Of a DNA stretch of 64,000 nt, positions 59,276 to 64,000 are shown in pieces; position 1 is the stretch's first letter; each line of letters begins with the position of its first letter. The notes under the pieces are model-generated. The model was not told the origin of the DNA, did no database searches, and worked only from the letters and a program-made list of their open reading frames with translations. The stretch is taken from NCBI GenBank assembly GCA_030650605.1, contig JAUSDP010000020.1:83282-147281 (forward strand), in the 5' to 3' direction. The stretch is from a bacterium (GTDB lineage: Bacteria; Patescibacteriota; Minisyncoccia; Phycocordibacterales; Zambryskibacteraceae). The position numbers and the translations under genes were made by a program.

Positions 59276-59597
59276 GTTGTTCTCATACCCCCCCCACCCG
59301 CTTCCATCGTATCGGACGGAAGCGGGTGCTAACAGTGAGCTTCTTGAACAGACTGGCTTCATTCTAGTTACTATAGTGGCGCGTACATATCTACTATTGC
59401 TGTTCAATAACCTGTTCCACATAGCCGCCACGGTGATATTTACTGGAAATCATGTCATTTTATTAGTTTTTGAGCGATATCACTTAATGTGTTAAATAAT
59501 TGTTTACTTGAAGGTATACGATTATTAATATATTCTTGCGAAAACGTATTTATTTACAATTTCGTTTTAATACATAAAACAGTATAAGGGGTATTTC

Positions 59598-60833
59598 ATG
59601 TCGGAAGATATTATTGATTTGTCAATTGGTGCTTCAGTCAAAAAAATCAAGGCAATTCCCAAGACTTTGGCCGACATCAGCCAGATTGCAAAATGGTCTA
59701 TAGCCTACTTTTCTAGTGTTAGAGAGCAAATGCTGGCTCCTAATCCGGTAAAAGTCGCGCCCACACTAACTTTATCTCAAATTGCAAAATTGTGTGAAAT
59801 TGACAAAATAAAAGCAAATAATACAATCAATAAAAACACGTTAAATCTTCCATCTGGCAGCGACGCTGGCGGCAGCAATATAAGAAGATTTACGTTGGCT
59901 GAGTCGGCGGAGTGGTACGAGGCATTCATGCCGCACCGTGCGAGGCCAAAAGGATTGCTGGCAAAGCTGATTTGCATAGGGAATTTCAAGGGTGGAGTAA
60001 CAAAAACGACAACTACACTAACGCTAGCACAAGGGCTAGCATTAAGAGGTAGGAAGGTTTTGGTTGTGGATCTTGACCCACAGGGATCGCTATCAACTTT
60101 GATGGGCATGTCAATTAATCCACCAGTGCCACAAGAGGCGACTATCATGCCATTTATTTATGGCGATGAAGAGGATCTATCTTATGCACCGCAGCCATCG
60201 TATTGGCATGGAATTGATTTGATACCCGCATGCGGTTTAGTTGCTCATACGGAATTTGAAATTCCTTCACAGTTAGCGCACGATCAAACATTTGAATTTT
60301 GGAATGTTCTTAATAAGGGGATTGCACCATTGCGTGATAAGTATGATGTCATTCTTCTTGATACCCCACCTGCCCTTTCCTTTTTAACGATCAATGCGCT
60401 CATGGCCTCGGATGCCATAGTCATTCCAGTTCCGCCAAACGGCCTTGATTACGCAAGTTCTGTGCAATTTTTGTCTTTATTTGCCGACTTCAATAAGTCA
60501 TTCTTGAAAAATGTACCGAGCCTAAAAGATAAGAAATATGACTTCGTAAATGTGTTGTTGACGAAGGTAGAAAATCAAAAACAAGCGACGACTGTCGTAA
60601 GGGATTGGATTATTGGAACCTACAAAGATTTGGTTCTTCCAGCAGAAATTTCTCTTTCAAGCGGCGCATCGACATCTGCAGCTCAATTTAAGACTGCATA
60701 CGACTTTTCAACGTACAGCGGCGTGAATAAAGTTTATCAGCGCACAAGGGATGAGTGTGAGCAGTTTGCCAGCATCATTGACGATCAATTGCTTGACGCT
60801 TGGCTAAATGATGGAGCAAAAGATGGCGACTAA
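59598..60833 (+). CDS. parA: ParA (type Ia) Walker ATPase
   Basis: N-terminal HTH; NFKGGVTKTT, VDLDPQGS, LDTPP. Confidence 0.93.
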   Translation: MSEDIIDLSIGASVKKIKAIPKTLADISQIAKWSIAYFSSVREQMLAPNPVKVAPTLTLSQIAKLCEIDKIKANNTINKNTLNLPSGSDAGGSNIRRFTLAESAEWYEAFMPHRARPKGLLAKLICIGNFKGGVTKTTTTLTLAQGLALRGRKVLVVDLDPQGSLSTLMGMSINPPVPQEATIMPFIYGDEEDLSYAPQPSYWHGIDLIPACGLVAHTEFEIPSQLAHDQTFEFWNVLNKGIAPLRDKYDVILLDTPPALSFLTINALMASDAIVIPVPPNGLDYASSVQFLSLFADFNKSFLKNVPSLKDKKYDFVNVLLTKVENQKQATTVVRDWIIGTYKDLVLPAEISLSSGASTSAAQFKTAYDFSTYSGVNKVYQRTRDECEQFASIIDDQLLDAWLNDGAKDGD

Positions 60834-61794
60834 TCCAAATTTAAAAGAACGCGGAAAAATTGATATAAGCAATATCATTCTTCCAGAAGATACGCCTGAA
60901 ACTGACTTGCCTCGCACTGTTCCTGGCATGGCAGCAATGCGAATGGCGCAAGGACAAGACGTAAAAAAAGAATTGGAGCGACTAAAAGGGGAGCGGGGCG
61001 TTAATCTTGTGCGGCTAGAGCAATTACATGAAGTTAGCGGACGCAAGCGCAGCTTATCGACGGATGAGTATGATTCGCTCCGTGAAAATTTGCGTAACAA
61101 CCCGCTAATTACACCAATCACGGTCAGTAAAAGAGCCGATGGCGATTGGGATATCATTTCGGGAAATAACCGTGTAGATATTTACCGAGAGTTAGGAAGA
61201 AAAGAAATCGCCGTCTACGAGGTGGAAGTCAAAGAGGGTGAGGGGGATGTTAAAGCCTTCTATGCCAACTTATTGCATCCAAGCTTGCCGGATTTTGAGA
61301 AGTACATGCGCTTTAAAAATCGCATGAAAGAGGCGGGCATGACGCCCAGGCAGATGGCGGCGGATTCTGGAATTAAAGAATCTACTATTAATGCACTGAT
61401 GACATTTGAACGATTACCGGAAGGCGCAATTAATATTCTCAAGAATGACCCTTGGTGCGTAGGAGTTAATGCGGTTGAAGACTTTGCAAAAATCACGGAA
61501 AAGGGCAGGGGTGCACAAGTTATTGATGCCATTGCTCTTTTATCTTCAGATAAGAAACTTACTCAAAGCAATGCGATTAAATTAGCCGCCAGTGATAGCG
61601 TTCCCGCCAAGAGTGCCAAGCCGGCACCTATTATTAACACTTTTAAAATAGGTCGTCTTAAATTTGCACAGGTTCGAGGCATCGAGAACGACATTAGAAT
61701 TTCTTGCGGCAATGAAGAAGATCGGGCGGAGTTGCAGAAAAAAATCGAGGTTTTGATTGAATCGCATATCGCCGGGAAAAAAACCTCACAGTAA
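60823..61794 (+). CDS. parB: ParB partition protein
   Basis: PITV, IISGNNR, HTH; overlaps parA. Confidence 0.9.
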   Translation: MATNPNLKERGKIDISNIILPEDTPETDLPRTVPGMAAMRMAQGQDVKKELERLKGERGVNLVRLEQLHEVSGRKRSLSTDEYDSLRENLRNNPLITPITVSKRADGDWDIISGNNRVDIYRELGRKEIAVYEVEVKEGEGDVKAFYANLLHPSLPDFEKYMRFKNRMKEAGMTPRQMAADSGIKESTINALMTFERLPEGAINILKNDPWCVGVNAVEDFAKITEKGRGAQVIDAIALLSSDKKLTQSNAIKLAASDSVPAKSAKPAPIINTFKIGRLKFAQVRGIENDIRISCGNEEDRAELQKKIEVLIESHIAGKKTSQ

Positions 61795-61867
61795 AACTTT
61801 ACTATTTAAAATCAATGACTTACAAAAAAACAAGAGAAAAATATGAATAAATAACTGATCCAGATAA

Positions 61868-61953
61868 AGAAAAAGCCCCACTTTGAAGAGTAGGGCTTTT
61901 TGATTATGTAGCCAAGTATGTGCTTTGACTAGAATTAAGATAGTGCCTGAGAA
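61868..61953 (-). ncRNA. predicted countertranscript (antisense copy-control RNA)
   Basis: Minus-strand TTGACG(61987-61982)-N17-TAAGAT(61964-61959) pointing to a terminator at 61870-61901. Confidence 0.55.
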
Positions 61954-62024
61954 ACTTCATCTTAATTCCCAAAGTGCAAACCGTCAATCACTTTTTTGCA
62001 AATTCATGCAAATAGGAGAGGTAT

Positions 62025-63281
62025 ATGCACGTCCAAACATTAAGTAAAACACCAACACCAGGAAAGTCCCGTAATTTACCAAATCGCATCCTCCGCGCCT
62101 TCGATAATGCTAAGCACATCATTGGCTTGCCGCGTGGCGTAAAGGATACCCTTGCCGAGTTATGCCGCTTCGTCAAACAGAATGACCCCTTTGTCACTAT
62201 CTTTGCCACTAAGAAGACCATAGGGGAGCGCATAGGCGCACATGAGCGTACGGTGCATAGGCACATAGCTTACTTAATCGAAAGAGGCTTAATTGAGGTA
62301 TTGGAGCAAGAACGAAAAAGTCATAATGGGAAGTTTGCAATCTCACGAATTAAACTAACCAGAACCGCAGCTGAATTGCTCGGTTTAATTCAACCTATAG
62401 CTCCCATAGAAAGCATCTTGCCGTATGACAAAATAGCACCCGGCCATACGTTAACAGAACCAACTATCTCAATTAATCAACCTCCCACCAGTATCAACGG
62501 ACTACCGGCAGATCTGAGCCATTTAACAGGACTAGGATTGCACAGGGAGGGCATTTTTAAATTAATGGGAATGGCAACGGCAAAACAACAACGACTCTCA
62601 GACATAGTCACCGTAGAACAACACAAGCTACAAAACATGCGAGGAGGGGGCTTATTTGGCTATCTGAGTAAGCTCATCAACGGTAAAAAGGATTACGCTT
62701 ATGCCGCCAGGCTCCTACGCGAAAGTACGGCAAAAAAGGAACTAGAAGCCGCAACAGAAAAACAACTTCGCCATGTCCGTGAATCCTTAAAATCCAAGAC
62801 CTTCACCAATGCGGGACAAAACGTGATTTACATCATTGATCGTAAAGCGGAATTCGCCCAGATAACATCGGCACAACGAAGTGCAACTGCACCGATCCGC
62901 GACCTTCATGAATGGAAAAATAAGCTTGAGGCTGGAGAATTGATGATCGCGACGCCAGAACTAGAAGCCATCGTCATGAAAAACATAGACCGCATCAAAG
63001 CGTATAACCGCGAGCAAAGACGCAAGCAGGCGTTTGAACGCTTCCACGGAAGAAAGATGACAAACGCTGACAATCTGCCGAGTGAAGCTGCAAAGAATGT
63101 GATGTCGCCACTAGAGTTCAAGCAGGCCGTCAAATCTAAGTCAGAACAACAAGTCAATGATGCAATTGAAAAATTACCGAAGGGAAGGGCCTGGAACGTG
63201 AGTGCCATGCTTGCCTTGCTCAAAAATAAGGCGCCTCAGCCACAACCAACACCGGAGCCATTTTTAGAACAAAGTGCCTGA
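62025..63281 (+). CDS. repA: wHTH plasmid replication initiator
   Basis: parA-parB-rep order; TLAEL.R, HTH ERIGAHERTV.R.I..L.ERGLI; strong RBS; DnaA box downstream. Confidence 0.7.
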   Translation: MHVQTLSKTPTPGKSRNLPNRILRAFDNAKHIIGLPRGVKDTLAELCRFVKQNDPFVTIFATKKTIGERIGAHERTVHRHIAYLIERGLIEVLEQERKSHNGKFAISRIKLTRTAAELLGLIQPIAPIESILPYDKIAPGHTLTEPTISINQPPTSINGLPADLSHLTGLGLHREGIFKLMGMATAKQQRLSDIVTVEQHKLQNMRGGGLFGYLSKLINGKKDYAYAARLLRESTAKKELEAATEKQLRHVRESLKSKTFTNAGQNVIYIIDRKAEFAQITSAQRSATAPIRDLHEWKNKLEAGELMIATPELEAIVMKNIDRIKAYNREQRRKQAFERFHGRKMTNADNLPSEAAKNVMSPLEFKQAVKSKSEQQVNDAIEKLPKGRAWNVSAMLALLKNKAPQPQPTPEPFLEQSA

Positions 63282-63476
63282 GTTATCCCCGTAGTTTGTG
63301 GATAACTCAGTGCAGTTACTTAGCTTATAAAATTCGGAGCTAAATGGGAATTCGGCCCGAAATCAATTAAGAAACCTAATTTTATAAGTGTTTGATTTTT
63401 AATGCGATTTCGAAAATATCTAGTCGATGTTCTTATTTAAGTCCAACAAATAATTCTCATTTAGCTCCGATTTTTA
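63278..63476. other. candidate oriV2
   Basis: Perfect DnaA box TGTGGATAA at 63297-63305 within an 11-bp IR; 25-bp IR (63328-63352/63452-63476) around an IHF-consensus site. Confidence 0.55.
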
Positions 63477-63568
63477 CCCTCGATATTCACAATTGTGAAA
63501 ATAAGTTAAAATATTCATTTTTCGTATGAATGCTAAAATACGAAAATAAATATTTTATAGAGTGTCCC

Positions 63569-64000
63569 ATGCCTAACTTTGATAACTTTTCCGAAATCAA
63601 TTTTCCGCCGAAAACTTCTGGTGTAGATCCTGACTGGGCACGACAAATGGAGGGCCTGCGTTCAATAACCACTGCAATAAATTCAGCATATCCAGATCAA
63701 ACATCGACTTTTTCAGTTACGAGTGAAAATTACGCGATTGAAGTATGTGCAGACACAGGAACCATCATTAAATCCACATGTTGGTCGATTGACGCAACAC
63801 AATTTGTAGCAAAAATTGATCGATTTGACGTAGATGAAGCAAAAGAATGGGTAAAGCAATATTGTGATGCCGATACTATTCTTGGGCACCAGTTTGAAAT
63901 TAATACCATTGGATTCTGGAATCAGCAAAACGAATACATCGCTGCAGAAGAAGAATATCGACAAGGTGTTGAAAATAGCCATCATGAAAACATCGCCATT
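63569..64000 (+). CDS. hypothetical protein (truncated by window end)
   Basis: Read by hand: MPNFDNFSEINF... open for 144 codons to the end; operator motif upstream. Confidence 0.65.
   Translation, partial: MPNFDNFSEINFPPKTSGVDPDWARQMEGLRSITTAINSAYPDQTSTFSVTSENYAIEVCADTGTIIKSTCWSIDATQFVAKIDRFDVDEAKEWVKQYCDADTILGHQFEINTIGFWNQQNEYIAAEEEYRQGVENSHHENIAI

Noticed and set aside
59405-59430. parS site (TGTTCCAC)
   Set aside because: Only a half-site; no palindrome
793-63985. Many short opposite-strand or nested ORFs in the track (e.g. 27661-28203, 29877-30491, 51010-51435, 63713-63985)
   Set aside because: Shadows of well-supported genes, with no RBS or motif support

Overview
A 64-kb segment of a large conjugative plasmid, probably from a Betaproteobacterium (inferred from protein families, not verified). 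It carries an IncI1/Dot-Icm-type (type IVB) transfer system split into three blocks: traM-N-O-P-Q leftwards at 1-4283, traH-I-J-K at 16386-19172, and traX-like/trbN-trbA-trbB-trbC at 45424-51553. A type IVb thin-pilus operon (pilL,N,O,P,Q,R,S,V) is followed by adhesin-like genes. There are two apparent replicons: an 8x22-bp iteron origin with a TrfA-like initiator and DnaC-like loader, and a parA-parB-repA cassette with a predicted antisense RNA. A ParM/ParR-like pair, two DNA methyltransferases, a GHKL ATPase-metallopeptidase and several helicases/ATPases are also present. No canonical HUH relaxase is visible in the window. The most interesting signals are: (i) an apparently frozen shufflon-like cassette acting on a Cys-rich protein downstream of pilV instead of on PilV; (ii) an atypical tyrosine recombinase next to a hairpin-rich 1.2-kb non-coding region, a loxP-like palindrome and a UvrD helicase (candidate non-canonical relaxase/oriT or resolution module); (iii) a methyltransferase/GHKL-zincin operon; (iv) two plasmid-wide operator motifs. 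All protein calls come from motif recognition by eye; no database searches were run.
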